The translations under genes and the position numbers were made by a program. 64,000 nt of DNA from an uncultured virus (IMG/VR IMGVR_UViG_3300027780_000008) (lineage: Duplodnaviria; Heunggongvirae; Uroviricota; Caudoviricetes): IMG/VR virus record IMGVR_UViG_3300027780_000008; one strand, written 5' to 3'. The notes beneath the pieces are model-generated. The model was not told where the DNA came from. It was given only the letters and a program-made list of their open reading frames with translations, and did no database searches. Numbering within the stretch: position 1 is the stretch's first letter; each line of letters opens with the position of its first letter. This document shows, piece by piece, positions 18,274 to 27,416 of this stretch.

Positions 18274-18532
18274 CGTTTTCCTCTAGTATAGCAATAATTT
18301 CATTAATGTGGATTATCTCGTATTCGATATCATCCAATGTTGTTATTGTACCATTACCTATATTTTTTAAAATAACATCACCTTCTTTTAAATGCTCAGC
18401 TTTACCAGCATTAATAACCCTAGCCTTTCGGTTATGTTTTTCATTAGGTATAATAATACCCGATGATGTTTTTTGTTCTTGCTGTTCAATTTCTTGAATT
18501 AGCAAATAATTATTCTTCATTTTCATTTCCAT
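18266..18532 (-). CDS. groES: Co-chaperonin GroES (Cpn10)
   Basis: KTSSGIII mobile loop, V...G, LKEGDVIL, EIIAIL. Confidence 0.8.
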   Translation of the reverse strand: MEMKMKNNYLLIQEIEQQEQKTSSGIIIPNEKHNRKARVINAGKAEHLKEGDVILKNIGNGTITTLDDIEYEIIHINEIIAILEENDG

Positions 18533-19121
18533 CGACGTCTTGTATATCTTCTTCGTTAATTGTATCTTGTAAAGCTCTCATTAAATCTTTTGTCCCTCGA
18601 GATTTAATACCACTTTGTTTATTGGATGATGAGGAGCTTTCGGTATTATGGTAAATATCAACATCACGTGATATCTTTTTGGCGTTTTCTTCAATTGCCA
18701 CCATATACATTGTTTGACTTTTAATAATATCCAAAAGAGTTCTTTGTAAATCACTAAGTACTTCAAACATCCTCGGTGAAACATCACCTTCATGTATAGT
18801 TTCCATTAATAAGGTAATTGCTGTTTCACTATTTTGCATTTGTCTTATTAACATAGATAAAGCAGATTCATCTAATTGAGCTTTAGCTCTAATATATTCA
18901 TGCTCTGCGATAATCTCTTCACTTAAATAAAAAGTTAATAGACTATTCATTACCTTTTCAGCTTTATTCTTAGCTCTAACTAATTGAGCGCCTTGTCCAC
19001 TATCACTACTGACAGGCTTGAGGTCTAATTGGTTTTCTCCTAATCCTTCTACCTCATCAGGTAAATCATTTAAGAGATCTCCTAAACTATCACGAAACTT
19101 GTCTTTCGATGTTTCTTTCAT
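18510..19121 (-). CDS. gp16: Terminase small subunit (gp16-like)
   Basis: SPRMFEVLSDL resembles the gp16 PRAYEV motif; upstream of terL, with a late-type motif. Confidence 0.65.
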   Translation of the reverse strand: MKETSKDKFRDSLGDLLNDLPDEVEGLGENQLDLKPVSSDSGQGAQLVRAKNKAEKVMNSLLTFYLSEEIIAEHEYIRAKAQLDESALSMLIRQMQNSETAITLLMETIHEGDVSPRMFEVLSDLQRTLLDIIKSQTMYMVAIEENAKKISRDVDIYHNTESSSSSNKQSGIKSRGTKDLMRALQDTINEEDIQDVDGNENEE

Positions 19122-19150
19122 ATAACTAAATTTATAATATATATTCCAAG

Positions 19151-21166
19151 TTACCTTGGGTTAGTAACGATTGGTAGTAATAATTCTGGTGAAGCATTAT
19201 CTAATAATAAAGCTAAATGAGAATCTTTTACTACATATTGACTTAAAATTAATTCTTGTAATCCTTCTTCTATTGGTTGGCTCCATATTCTAATGTTAGT
19301 TAAATCAGTTTCACAACCTATTAATTTCCATGCATAACCATCAACCATTCCTGTTGCTGGTATTGTTTTAGTCTCAGAAAAAATCCTTGTAAGATCAGAT
19401 GTTTTTTCTGGATTAATTGAACCTGCAACGTCTACTGTATTATATAAGAATAATGATAATTGTTTTGCTAGGTTATTTAAATTAACAGTAGCAGCATACC
19501 ATTCACCTTTATTTAATGTTACTGGATTTGGTGGTTGAGATAAATCATATTTATAATAAGTGTTAACTCCTGAATCATTTAAAGTAATTATAAACCAGTT
19601 TACAGTATATGTAAAGCTTGTTAATATTTGTACAGGATCTAGATCTGTATCATATTGTAAAAAAGTATTACTTACTTCTTTAGCAAATTTTGCAGTGGTA
19701 GCTATAGTTCCATCTATATAAGGAGTATCTAAAGTTAAAGTGTTAGTAGCTGCATTGACTGATTTGACTTTTTGTATACCGTTATAAGAATTAGTCCCTC
19801 TTACATTAATCCAATCACCTGTTTTTATTACATCGGATACTGGTCCTACTGGTAAGCCTGGTGTAGTGATCATAGGATAGGCTGCACTATTACTTATTTG
19901 AGTTATACGTACATTCTTCTGTACTGGTGCTTTATATTGAGGCCTAAACCAAAATGTAAAAGCTCTATTATCAGTATTCGCCCATCCACCTTTGTAACGA
20001 TATTTAACAGCAACTGATGGGATTGTATTATATGAATTAGTTAATGTTCCTAGAGCATAATGATATTTAGAAATGATTGTCCATTGATTATAGACATTCT
20101 CTTCTGTAATTGTCATCTTTTTATTTAAAGCTCTTCTTACATAATCATTTGCTTGACTACCTATAGTATTATATTCATTAGGTTTTCTAACATCTTTAAA
20201 TTCATTTTCTCGTTCAACTCTAAACTTTTCTTCAACATTTGAAACTAAGGCTTCAGTAGAAGCTTCAGCTGCATCTCCTAATACAGTATCTTCATAACCA
20301 ACATTAGTTCTTTGTTGATATGTAACTAAACTTACTCTCCAATAAGATCCAGTATACATAAAATCATCAGCTTCTGCTATTGCATCAACTTCATACATTC
20401 TATTCATAAATTGTTTAAAATATAAATAGTCTCTCATTTGCGGTTTAGAACCTATCCCAAAGATTGCTTCAAATGCAGACTTAACAATATGAATTTCAAA
20501 TTGAACAGGAAAATCCATCATTAATGGATTAAATGCAATATCCCTAGTAGGTAATTCATTATCAGGAATTAATATCTTAACTTCACCTTCTTTTATAACA
20601 TCGAATAGTGAATATTCTTTTAAAATAACATCTCTACTTCTTTGATCTGCTTTAGTTTTATAATAATCAACACAAAAACCGAATAAATTAGATGCCATTG
20701 CAGATAACTGAGTATACATTTGACCAGCTCTAGATATGTCATATGGATTCCAACCAGCATCACAACAATCAAACGCTAAGTTTAATGCGCCTGAGCAACC
20801 GTCAACACCACCACAATCAATTTGAGGTATTTTACATATTACCCCACCATCAGTTACAATCTCTAAAGCAATCGAAACAAAAGTTAATGTACAATCACCA
20901 ACTTGTGTATATCTATATTCAATCCAAAATTTATTAGCTGGGTTTAATACTAAAGACTCTAGATTAGCATCTGTTAATGTAACCCAATCAGAATAAGTTA
21001 CGCCGTCAATACCCCATCTATAATCCTTGTTATAATAACAAGAAGTATCTTCACCTGTAATAGTATCAGTAAATCCTAATACTTCGGTTACATTTTCATA
21101 AGGTGTCTTAAGACTAACTAATAGTTGATCCCCGTTAGCATCTGTTGATGATCCTGTTACTGCCAT
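19151..21166 (-). CDS. Neck/head-closure protein (gp14-like core) with extra N- and C-terminal domains
   Basis: FG..VDYY......RDVILKE, FE..FG...P..RDYLYF....RMYEV; beta-rich LamG-like C-terminus (FTFWFRP, GEWYAA.V, NIRIWS). Confidence 0.6.
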   Translation of the reverse strand: MAVTGSSTDANGDQLLVSLKTPYENVTEVLGFTDTITGEDTSCYYNKDYRWGIDGVTYSDWVTLTDANLESLVLNPANKFWIEYRYTQVGDCTLTFVSIALEIVTDGGVICKIPQIDCGGVDGCSGALNLAFDCCDAGWNPYDISRAGQMYTQLSAMASNLFGFCVDYYKTKADQRSRDVILKEYSLFDVIKEGEVKILIPDNELPTRDIAFNPLMMDFPVQFEIHIVKSAFEAIFGIGSKPQMRDYLYFKQFMNRMYEVDAIAEADDFMYTGSYWRVSLVTYQQRTNVGYEDTVLGDAAEASTEALVSNVEEKFRVERENEFKDVRKPNEYNTIGSQANDYVRRALNKKMTITEENVYNQWTIISKYHYALGTLTNSYNTIPSVAVKYRYKGGWANTDNRAFTFWFRPQYKAPVQKNVRITQISNSAAYPMITTPGLPVGPVSDVIKTGDWINVRGTNSYNGIQKVKSVNAATNTLTLDTPYIDGTIATTAKFAKEVSNTFLQYDTDLDPVQILTSFTYTVNWFIITLNDSGVNTYYKYDLSQPPNPVTLNKGEWYAATVNLNNLAKQLSLFLYNTVDVAGSINPEKTSDLTRIFSETKTIPATGMVDGYAWKLIGCETDLTNIRIWSQPIEEGLQELILSQYVVKDSHLALLLDNASPELLLPIVTNPR

Positions 21167-21167
21167 G

Positions 21168-21434
21168 TTATGAGTTTATTTGTTGATCTTCTGATTTATC
21201 AATTTTCTTGGCCCATATTTTATCAGCAGAAGCTAATCCTAAACCACCAATACATATTGCAGCTACAGCATTTATTAAAGCTGGCTCTACTGGTTGTTCA
21301 GTATAAAGGTTAATGAAAAGTGCTACGCATAAAGATAAGCCTGCAGTTATTCCTATAAATCTTTTTGAAGAAGGTGTACCCTTTTCATCTCTTAAAAGGC
21401 CACTAATCCAATTTATTATCTTTTTCATATACAA
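21168..21434 (-). CDS. Small two-TM membrane protein (holin-like)
   Basis: LLRDEKGTPSSKRFIG followed by two hydrophobic helices and a charged tail; late-type motif upstream. Confidence 0.5.
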   Translation of the reverse strand: MYMKKIINWISGLLRDEKGTPSSKRFIGITAGLSLCVALFINLYTEQPVEPALINAVAAICIGGLGLASADKIWAKKIDKSEDQQINS

Positions 21435-21460
21435 ACATTATTTGTTTATATATTCATGTT

Positions 21461-22132
21461 CTAATACGGTGTATAATCAGTCTTAACTAATAAAATAGGA
21501 TTATCTTCTTCTATTTTAGGATCTACTGAAGTAATAATTTCAAATGTATCTACTTTATTAGATTCATCCATTTCAGCAAGGATGTCAAACAAAGTAACTG
21601 CATGGATATAAAAATAAGGATTTCTTTCTAAATATTTATTGTTTATTATACCAACATCTATAAAGCCTTTATTAAAAATATCTAATTGTTCTCTATCTAA
21701 TATTTTAGTTAAGTCAAAAAGACCTTCTATAATATTAAAATGAAAACTTACAATTTCATGTCCACTTTCAATTTTTATTAATCTAGAAAAATCCTTTTCA
21801 TCTGATATTTTAAATGTAATCTTTTCAAGGTTTGATAACCTTTTTATAATAGATTGTAAAAAGAAAATGGAATTAGGCTTAAAGTTAGGATTAGGTAATA
21901 AGTCTTGTTCTACTGTTTTTTGTAGCTGTGCACGTAAAAATGTAGAGGTTTGTATTGCCCTTTCAAATTGATCTAATGAAACGATAAACTCTTCTAGTTT
22001 ATTAGATTCATTTTTACACTCTTTTTTTACTCTAGATATAATCAGATTATCAATGTAATCATTCTTATATAAAGTAAATGCAATATGGGTTGGTATTTCT
22101 AATTCAAATTTATTATCAATTAACATCATCAC
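21461..22132 (-). CDS. Hypothetical protein
   Basis: 223-aa ORF overlapping the upstream gene; no recognised motif. Confidence 0.6.
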   Translation of the reverse strand: MMMLIDNKFELEIPTHIAFTLYKNDYIDNLIISRVKKECKNESNKLEEFIVSLDQFERAIQTSTFLRAQLQKTVEQDLLPNPNFKPNSIFFLQSIIKRLSNLEKITFKISDEKDFSRLIKIESGHEIVSFHFNIIEGLFDLTKILDREQLDIFNKGFIDVGIINNKYLERNPYFYIHAVTLFDILAEMDESNKVDTFEIITSVDPKIEEDNPILLVKTDYTPY

Positions 22133-22526
22133 TCATCTGTTTTTCTAATACATTTATTGCATTCTTAATTTCAGATGGGTGGTGCTTCATTGCTTCCTTA
22201 AAATCGCGTTCACCTATTTCATTAATCTTTAAATACAGATCTAATGCTTTAGGATTAGGGTCCCACGCTTTTACTTTTTTAGGTGCCTTGGTTTTAGTAT
22301 AAATAAATCCAGGTACTCTATTAAATTTTGATGCAACCATTCTCCACGCTTCTGCTTGACCTACTGGATCAATCTTCAGTGCATTAAACATATTTGCTTG
22401 AATGGGAAATTTAATACTCATAAATCTATTTGTCATAAATGAATTTTTAGATTTATCGTATCCTTTTAATTTTTCCCACTGTGGATCTCGACCAAACAAG
22501 ACCTTTATGTAATCAAATAACTTCAT
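22116..22526 (-). CDS. gp62: Clamp loader small subunit (gp62-like)
   Basis: LFDYI...NSFMTNRFMS pattern; close to gp44. Confidence 0.6.
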   Translation of the reverse strand: MKLFDYIKVLFGRDPQWEKLKGYDKSKNSFMTNRFMSIKFPIQANMFNALKIDPVGQAEAWRMVASKFNRVPGFIYTKTKAPKKVKAWDPNPKALDLYLKINEIGERDFKEAMKHHPSEIKNAINVLEKQMSDDVN

Positions 22527-22573
22527 TACTTTTATTATTTATACGACTTATTGATACAATTGTTTTCTAGTTT

Positions 22574-23812
22574 TTAGAAAATCTTTCCTTTGGATTTTTT
22601 ATTAGTAATAAATGACATATCATTGTTATCATCGTCTTTATCACCTTTAAAGAAACTTGCCTTAAATGCAGAGTTATCATCACCATCATACTCTGTACCT
22701 TCTACTATTTTTTTCATAGTTGATACATTAGGTAATTTTAATTCATTAATGTTTATTTTAGATTCTACTGATTTAAACATTTCATCCAAAATACCTTCTG
22801 GTATAGTATGAGAACTAAGTACCATTAGATTAACATTGGATTTAAGATTAGTTATAATCTGTTCTCTGCTCATATGTTTAGCTTTCATATGTCTAATAGT
22901 TATGTTTGCTAAATCAGTGATATAACCGTCTTCATATAAATACATATGAGATAAGGTGCCATGCTTTTGTTTAAATTCATTTATAATAGCAGTTGCTTTA
23001 CCTTCACTAATACCATATCTTCTTGATTTTCCATTTTTAGGAGTAGAGATATGCCAATAAGCAGGTGGAACATTATCACCTGAATCACCAGTTAGAACTT
23101 TACGAAAACGGAATTCCTCTGGATCTACTTCTATTACAGAAACTTTCTTTTTAGCAATTATTGATGATAATAATTTTTTAGATTGGGCTTCTGGTGTAGA
23201 TGAAGATTTTAATACATCAAATATATCTTTAGAGGTTTCTTCTTCTTTAGTAGTAAGCCATTCAGAAAAACCTTGATAGGTATACATTTTTTTATGAGCT
23301 GGTGAAAATAAAATTGTATGAGTACTGTTTGTTTTACTTCTGTTTACTAATTGAACTAAATCTCTATCACCAGTAAACATAATAACTGATTTGTCATTTG
23401 CTAATGATTCAGTATTCCATGCATACATAAGATCATCTCCTTCTGCGCCATCTATTTTAGAATAGATAACACCTTGTTTAATAAGTAGCTGAGTAAATTC
23501 TTCTGTAACTTTAGAAAAGTTTTTCCAATTAATTGAACTATCCTGTTTACGATTACCTTTATATTCTGCATCTGGATAAAAATCTTTTCTCCATGACCTT
23601 GAATCAATAGTCCATACTACCTTATCTATAAGTCCTTCGAATAATCTAATCTGATATGCAAAGTCAGTTGCTAGCTTTCTCATAAAAACGATTGCGTCTT
23701 CATCAGTACCTAGCATTTCTTCTTTTTTGGATTTTCTTGGTAAAACGTATAATGTTCTAAAAAGAAAATAATTACCGTCTATTACGAATGTATGCCTTCC
23801 TGTTTTTCTCAT
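22574..23812 (-). CDS. rnh: 5'-3' exonuclease / T4 RNase H
   Basis: VIDGNY, SWRKDFYP.AEYKGNR, EGDDL, TGDRDLVQL, LTGDSGDNVP. Confidence 0.92.
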   Translation of the reverse strand: MRKTGRHTFVIDGNYFLFRTLYVLPRKSKKEEMLGTDEDAIVFMRKLATDFAYQIRLFEGLIDKVVWTIDSRSWRKDFYPDAEYKGNRKQDSSINWKNFSKVTEEFTQLLIKQGVIYSKIDGAEGDDLMYAWNTESLANDKSVIMFTGDRDLVQLVNRSKTNSTHTILFSPAHKKMYTYQGFSEWLTTKEEETSKDIFDVLKSSSTPEAQSKKLLSSIIAKKKVSVIEVDPEEFRFRKVLTGDSGDNVPPAYWHISTPKNGKSRRYGISEGKATAIINEFKQKHGTLSHMYLYEDGYITDLANITIRHMKAKHMSREQIITNLKSNVNLMVLSSHTIPEGILDEMFKSVESKININELKLPNVSTMKKIVEGTEYDGDDNSAFKASFFKGDKDDDNNDMSFITNKKSKGKIF

Positions 23813-23827
23813 TGTATTAGTATTTAA

Positions 23828-23860
23828 TATAATAATAACAAATTTTAGTTATTACTGAAA
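23828..23860 (-). promoter_or_regulatory. Class-E motif (copy 2)
   Basis: TTTCAG-N12-TTTGTTATTATTATA upstream of rnh. Confidence 0.55.
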
Positions 23861-24000
23861 GTAGATTTTAATGTTTTTTCTTCGCAGCACTGTTTATCAT
23901 AACCCTTTTGTCTAAGATTATAATAATAGCTAACCGCTGCTCCTAATTGATAATGATTAGGATATGTTTTAATTAATTTTTCTAAGAATTGCGCTCTCAT
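23845..24000 (-). CDS. Small hypothetical protein (51 aa)
   Basis: Manual translation MRAQFLEKLIKTYPNHYQLGAAVSYYYNLRQKGYDKQCCEEKTLKSTFSNN; ATGA overlap with the gp44 stop. Confidence 0.55.
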   Translation of the reverse strand: MRAQFLEKLIKTYPNHYQLGAAVSYYYNLRQKGYDKQCCEEKTLKSTFSNN

Positions 24001-24959
24001 GCTCCATTTAATATTGATTGCAGTTCATAAATACATGCAAGCATTGATACTGCAGGATCTATTACTTGTTGTCTTTGTGATTGATATTTTGCTACTGTAA
24101 TAATTATTTGTGGTATAAATTGAACATATGATTGTCTTTCTTGTTGAACAAATTCTATAAACTCTGCACCTAGAGAAGATAAAACATCATCAGATCTATT
24201 TGCATAATTTGATAACATATATTGATAATTTTTTACAGGATCTGTTCCGTCTATAACTAAATCATAAATATCTTTATAAACTGAACTAAATTGTTTTATA
24301 TCATCAACAGTTATTGTATCTTTACCTTGTGATTGAAAACCTTGTAACTGATTAAGCATATTTCTTAAATCAGGAAATTTTCTTTTTACTAATTCTACAG
24401 CTGCATGTTTATCAATACCAATACTTTCATCTTTACAGATTTTTAGAATCCTCATAATGTAATGTTTCATTATTTCAGTTTCTTCATCTTTAGAAAAATC
24501 AAAATCAATCATCTCAAACCTTGATTGAATTGGATCTGGTACTTTATTAATATAATTACATGTTGCTACAAATCTTGCATTAGTTGCAAACTGATCCATT
24601 GTAGCTCTTAATGCTTTAAAGAATTGATCAGATACTCCATCGATCTCATCTAATATAATTACTTTCATTTTTCCTGGCTCATCCATTATAGAACGATTAG
24701 CACAAAAGTCAGTTATTCTATTTCTTACAACATCTACAGAAGTATCGGTTGATGCATTGATATAAAGATACGGGTGTTTAAAATGTTTTACTAAAACTTT
24801 AGCAGCAGATGTCTTACCTGTACCTGGACTACCATGTAATAATAAATGTTGATAAACGCCCTTACTTAATTTCTCACCTACTCTTTTAGGTGTTATTAAA
24901 TCTTCTAATGCCTTTGGGCGATATTTCTCTGTAAGTAAAATGTTTTGTATATTGCGCAT
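23997..24959 (-). CDS. gp44: Clamp loader large subunit (RFC-like AAA+)
   Basis: TEKYRPK, GSPGTGKTS, IILDEID, PIQSRF, FPDLR. Confidence 0.95.
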   Translation of the reverse strand: MRNIQNILLTEKYRPKALEDLITPKRVGEKLSKGVYQHLLLHGSPGTGKTSAAKVLVKHFKHPYLYINASTDTSVDVVRNRITDFCANRSIMDEPGKMKVIILDEIDGVSDQFFKALRATMDQFATNARFVATCNYINKVPDPIQSRFEMIDFDFSKDEETEIMKHYIMRILKICKDESIGIDKHAAVELVKRKFPDLRNMLNQLQGFQSQGKDTITVDDIKQFSSVYKDIYDLVIDGTDPVKNYQYMLSNYANRSDDVLSSLGAEFIEFVQQERQSYVQFIPQIIITVAKYQSQRQQVIDPAVSMLACIYELQSILNGA

Positions 24960-25032
24960 GAATTGATTTATTTTTATATGGTAAAGATAGTGAGTTGTTT
25001 ACACTGAAATAAATATAAAAATAGCAAACTTA

Positions 25033-25857
25033 ATGCAAAGGAATAGAAGGTCTATTAAAAGGATTATACAAGAGCCAAGAGCAATACAGCATAATAGCAA
25101 TGTTAATCGTAGAGAAATTATAAATCATCCTACCAAACCTGTATCTACACCACATACTCATCTAAACAAACCTAGGCATGTAATACCTGTACCAAATTCA
25201 TCTAATAAAAAAATAACATATAATAGTATTCCTAGGAAATTTGAAGGAGAAACTATTTATTTAATTGGGGGTGGGCCATCTTTAAGAGATTTTGACTTTA
25301 ATTTATTAAACGGATCAAAAACTATTGCAATCAATAAAGCAATTCTTTTTTATCCAAATGCTAATGTTTTATTCTGGACAGATACAAGATTTTATAATTG
25401 GCATAAAAATGAAGTAGATAATTATAAAGGTTTAAAGTTTACACTTAGACCTAGTAGTCAATATACTGAAGATATTAATTTATTAAAGAAAGGTAAGCCT
25501 CATGGGTTGGAATTAGATAATCAAACACTAGCTCATGGTAATAATAGTGGATATGCTGCAATTAATCTAGCTTTTCATCTAGGAGCAAGACGTATAATTT
25601 TATTAGGATTTGATATGGGTAATCATATGGAGAATAATAAATTAATTACTCACTTTCATGATGGCTATCCTTCAAAGGCTGCACCTGATCACGTTTACCA
25701 AGATAAGTTTTTACCAGGTTTCCAAGAATTAAAATCAGAACTTAATGATTTTAGTAATTCAAAAGGTTTAGGAATAACTGTATTAAATGCATCTCCTTAT
25801 AGTAAATTAAATGTATTTCCTAAGATTACAATAGAGCAAGCGTTAAGCTTTAGATGA
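25033..25857 (+). CDS. MptE/DUF115/Maf-like putative glycosyltransferase
   Basis: LIGGGPSL, TIAINK, NSGYAAINLAFHLGARRIILLGFDM, VLNAS; the only credible plus-strand gene. Confidence 0.7.
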   Translation: MQRNRRSIKRIIQEPRAIQHNSNVNRREIINHPTKPVSTPHTHLNKPRHVIPVPNSSNKKITYNSIPRKFEGETIYLIGGGPSLRDFDFNLLNGSKTIAINKAILFYPNANVLFWTDTRFYNWHKNEVDNYKGLKFTLRPSSQYTEDINLLKKGKPHGLELDNQTLAHGNNSGYAAINLAFHLGARRIILLGFDMGNHMENNKLITHFHDGYPSKAAPDHVYQDKFLPGFQELKSELNDFSNSKGLGITVLNASPYSKLNVFPKITIEQALSFR

Positions 25858-26334
25858 TTTCTTTGCATAAGTCATAAACTCTCTCTGTTCTTTCTTAAGG
25901 AGGTGTTTACAGTGTTTAGTAAATTTGATAGATGTATCTATAATTCTACCGTCAACGCTTCTGTTCCGTGAGTTATGGGCCTTAGTACATTTGCTACAAA
26001 CAAAATTTTCTACTTTCTTAGAATCCATTCTAGATTTAATAGGAACTTTACATATTCCACAATTCCATGCAATAAGATCTGCTGACTTTTCTAATTCTTT
26101 AAGAGTAGTAAAAGTTTCTCTAAAAGGATTCCATATAGCTTTATTAACATTCTTTTCATGACCATTCATATCCTCTACTTTAAATATAACTTCAAAAGCT
26201 TGAGTATCAGAATCTAACCATTTCATATGACGGTTATTTAAAAGCAATTTTTGCTTCAAAGGCGGAAGGTTTTCTAGAAGAATACCATACCGCCTTTTAT
26301 ACCATCCAAAGTTTATTTTACGAACTTTATACAT
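25843..26334 (-). CDS. Hypothetical zinc-ribbon protein
   Basis: WNCGIC...FVCSKC; basic. Confidence 0.6.
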   Translation of the reverse strand: MYKVRKINFGWYKRRYGILLENLPPLKQKLLLNNRHMKWLDSDTQAFEVIFKVEDMNGHEKNVNKAIWNPFRETFTTLKELEKSADLIAWNCGICKVPIKSRMDSKKVENFVCSKCTKAHNSRNRSVDGRIIDTSIKFTKHCKHLLKKEQREFMTYAKKSSKA

Positions 26335-26345
26335 AGAGTTTTAAT

Positions 26346-27314
26346 TTACAGGTTTGGTCTTAATCTTGCAAACTTTTCAGATACAGATTCTACTAACGGT
26401 GTAACAGATTCACCTATTGCTGATAGTTTCTTTTTAGCATCAGTCTCTTTTTTCTTTAGTTCAGCAATATCTTCTTTACTATCTTCTAACTTTTTCATTA
26501 TTACCTGAACCTGCTCATCAGATACTCTACCTAATTTCTGATCTCTTTTAGCCTGATCTAAATCTTTCATTGATTTAGTCATTGAAGCTCTTTCATCTTC
26601 GATAGATTTATTATAAGCTTTAATATCAGCTTCTATTTTTGCACTACCGTCATCCTTTCTTTCTTCTTTGGATTTCTCACCAGCAGCTTTAGCATCTGCC
26701 ATTTCTTTATCCGCTGCTTTGCTAGCCTTATCTTCTATATCTTTATTAGTATTATCTGCTTTAGCAACAGGAGTTTCTTTAGCAACAGGAGTTTCTTTAG
26801 TTGCAGGAGTTTCTTTAGTTTCTTTATCTTTTACTGGCTCTTCTTTTTTAGCAGCAGTAGATTCAAAATCCTTTATACCACCAGCTAAGTTAGTTGCTTT
26901 TTTATTTAATTCTGTTTGTTTTACTTTTAATTGTTTAGCCTCTTCACCAGTAGCAGACTTAAGTATAGTTTTATTAGCAGCAACAGAAGCCTTTACTTTT
27001 GCGAGAGACGAAACCTTTTTTAATATAGGTGATGTAGCTAAACTATCCATTCTATCAATCACGCCTTTGGCAGTATCCTTGAGTGCATCATTCTTTGCAG
27101 CATTAGCCTTTGTTAACACAGCATTCTTCTCAGGATCTTTTACTGTAGATTTTTGTTTCTTTTTCTCAAAATTAACATCATTAAGAGCAACTGCCACTTT
27201 AGCCTTAACTAGCTTTTTAGCATTATTCTTAATCTTTACGTATTTAATAGGAGTTTTAATTACATCCATTATTCCTTCATTTATAAACTCAGAATATGTT
27301 TTTAATTTTGCCAT
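26346..27314 (-). CDS. Putative internal head protein (Lys/Ala/Glu-rich)
   Basis: N-terminus MAKLKTYSEFINE resembles the T4 capsid-targeting sequence MKTYQEFIAE; follows gp23; late-type motif upstream. Confidence 0.6.
   Translation of the reverse strand: MAKLKTYSEFINEGIMDVIKTPIKYVKIKNNAKKLVKAKVAVALNDVNFEKKKQKSTVKDPEKNAVLTKANAAKNDALKDTAKGVIDRMDSLATSPILKKVSSLAKVKASVAANKTILKSATGEEAKQLKVKQTELNKKATNLAGGIKDFESTAAKKEEPVKDKETKETPATKETPVAKETPVAKADNTNKDIEDKASKAADKEMADAKAAGEKSKEERKDDGSAKIEADIKAYNKSIEDERASMTKSMKDLDQAKRDQKLGRVSDEQVQVIMKKLEDSKEDIAELKKKETDAKKKLSAIGESVTPLVESVSEKFARLRPNL
26760..26822. repeat. 18-bp tandem repeat (KETPVA/KETPAT, about 3.5 copies)
   Basis: tttagcaacaggagtttc twice, then tttagttgcaggagtttc, then a partial copy. 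Confidence 0.85.
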
Positions 27315-27361
27315 GATCTATTATTGTTTTTAGTTGTTTTATATATTCAAGCTATAAGAAC

Positions 27362-27390
27362 AAAAAAGCCACTCCGAAGAGTGGCTTTTT
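27362..27390 (-). terminator. Intrinsic terminator with cUUCGg tetraloop after the major capsid gene
   Basis: Minus strand AAGCCACTC-TTCG-GAGTGGCTTTTTT. Confidence 0.92.
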
Positions 27391-27416
27391 ATATAAAATA
27401 TTACTATTGGTTCAAA

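Noticed and set aside
23828..23860. Canonical Bacteroidota sigma-A promoter (TTTG / TAnnTTTG)
   Set aside because: TTTG is present, but the TAnnTTTG spacing is not matched in either copy of the motif.
26668..27333. 221-aa plus-strand hydrophobic ORF
   Set aside because: Mirror of the Lys/Glu/Ala-rich minus-strand gene (AAA/GAA read as Phe/Leu/Ser). The other short plus-strand ORFs inside genes were rejected for the same reason.
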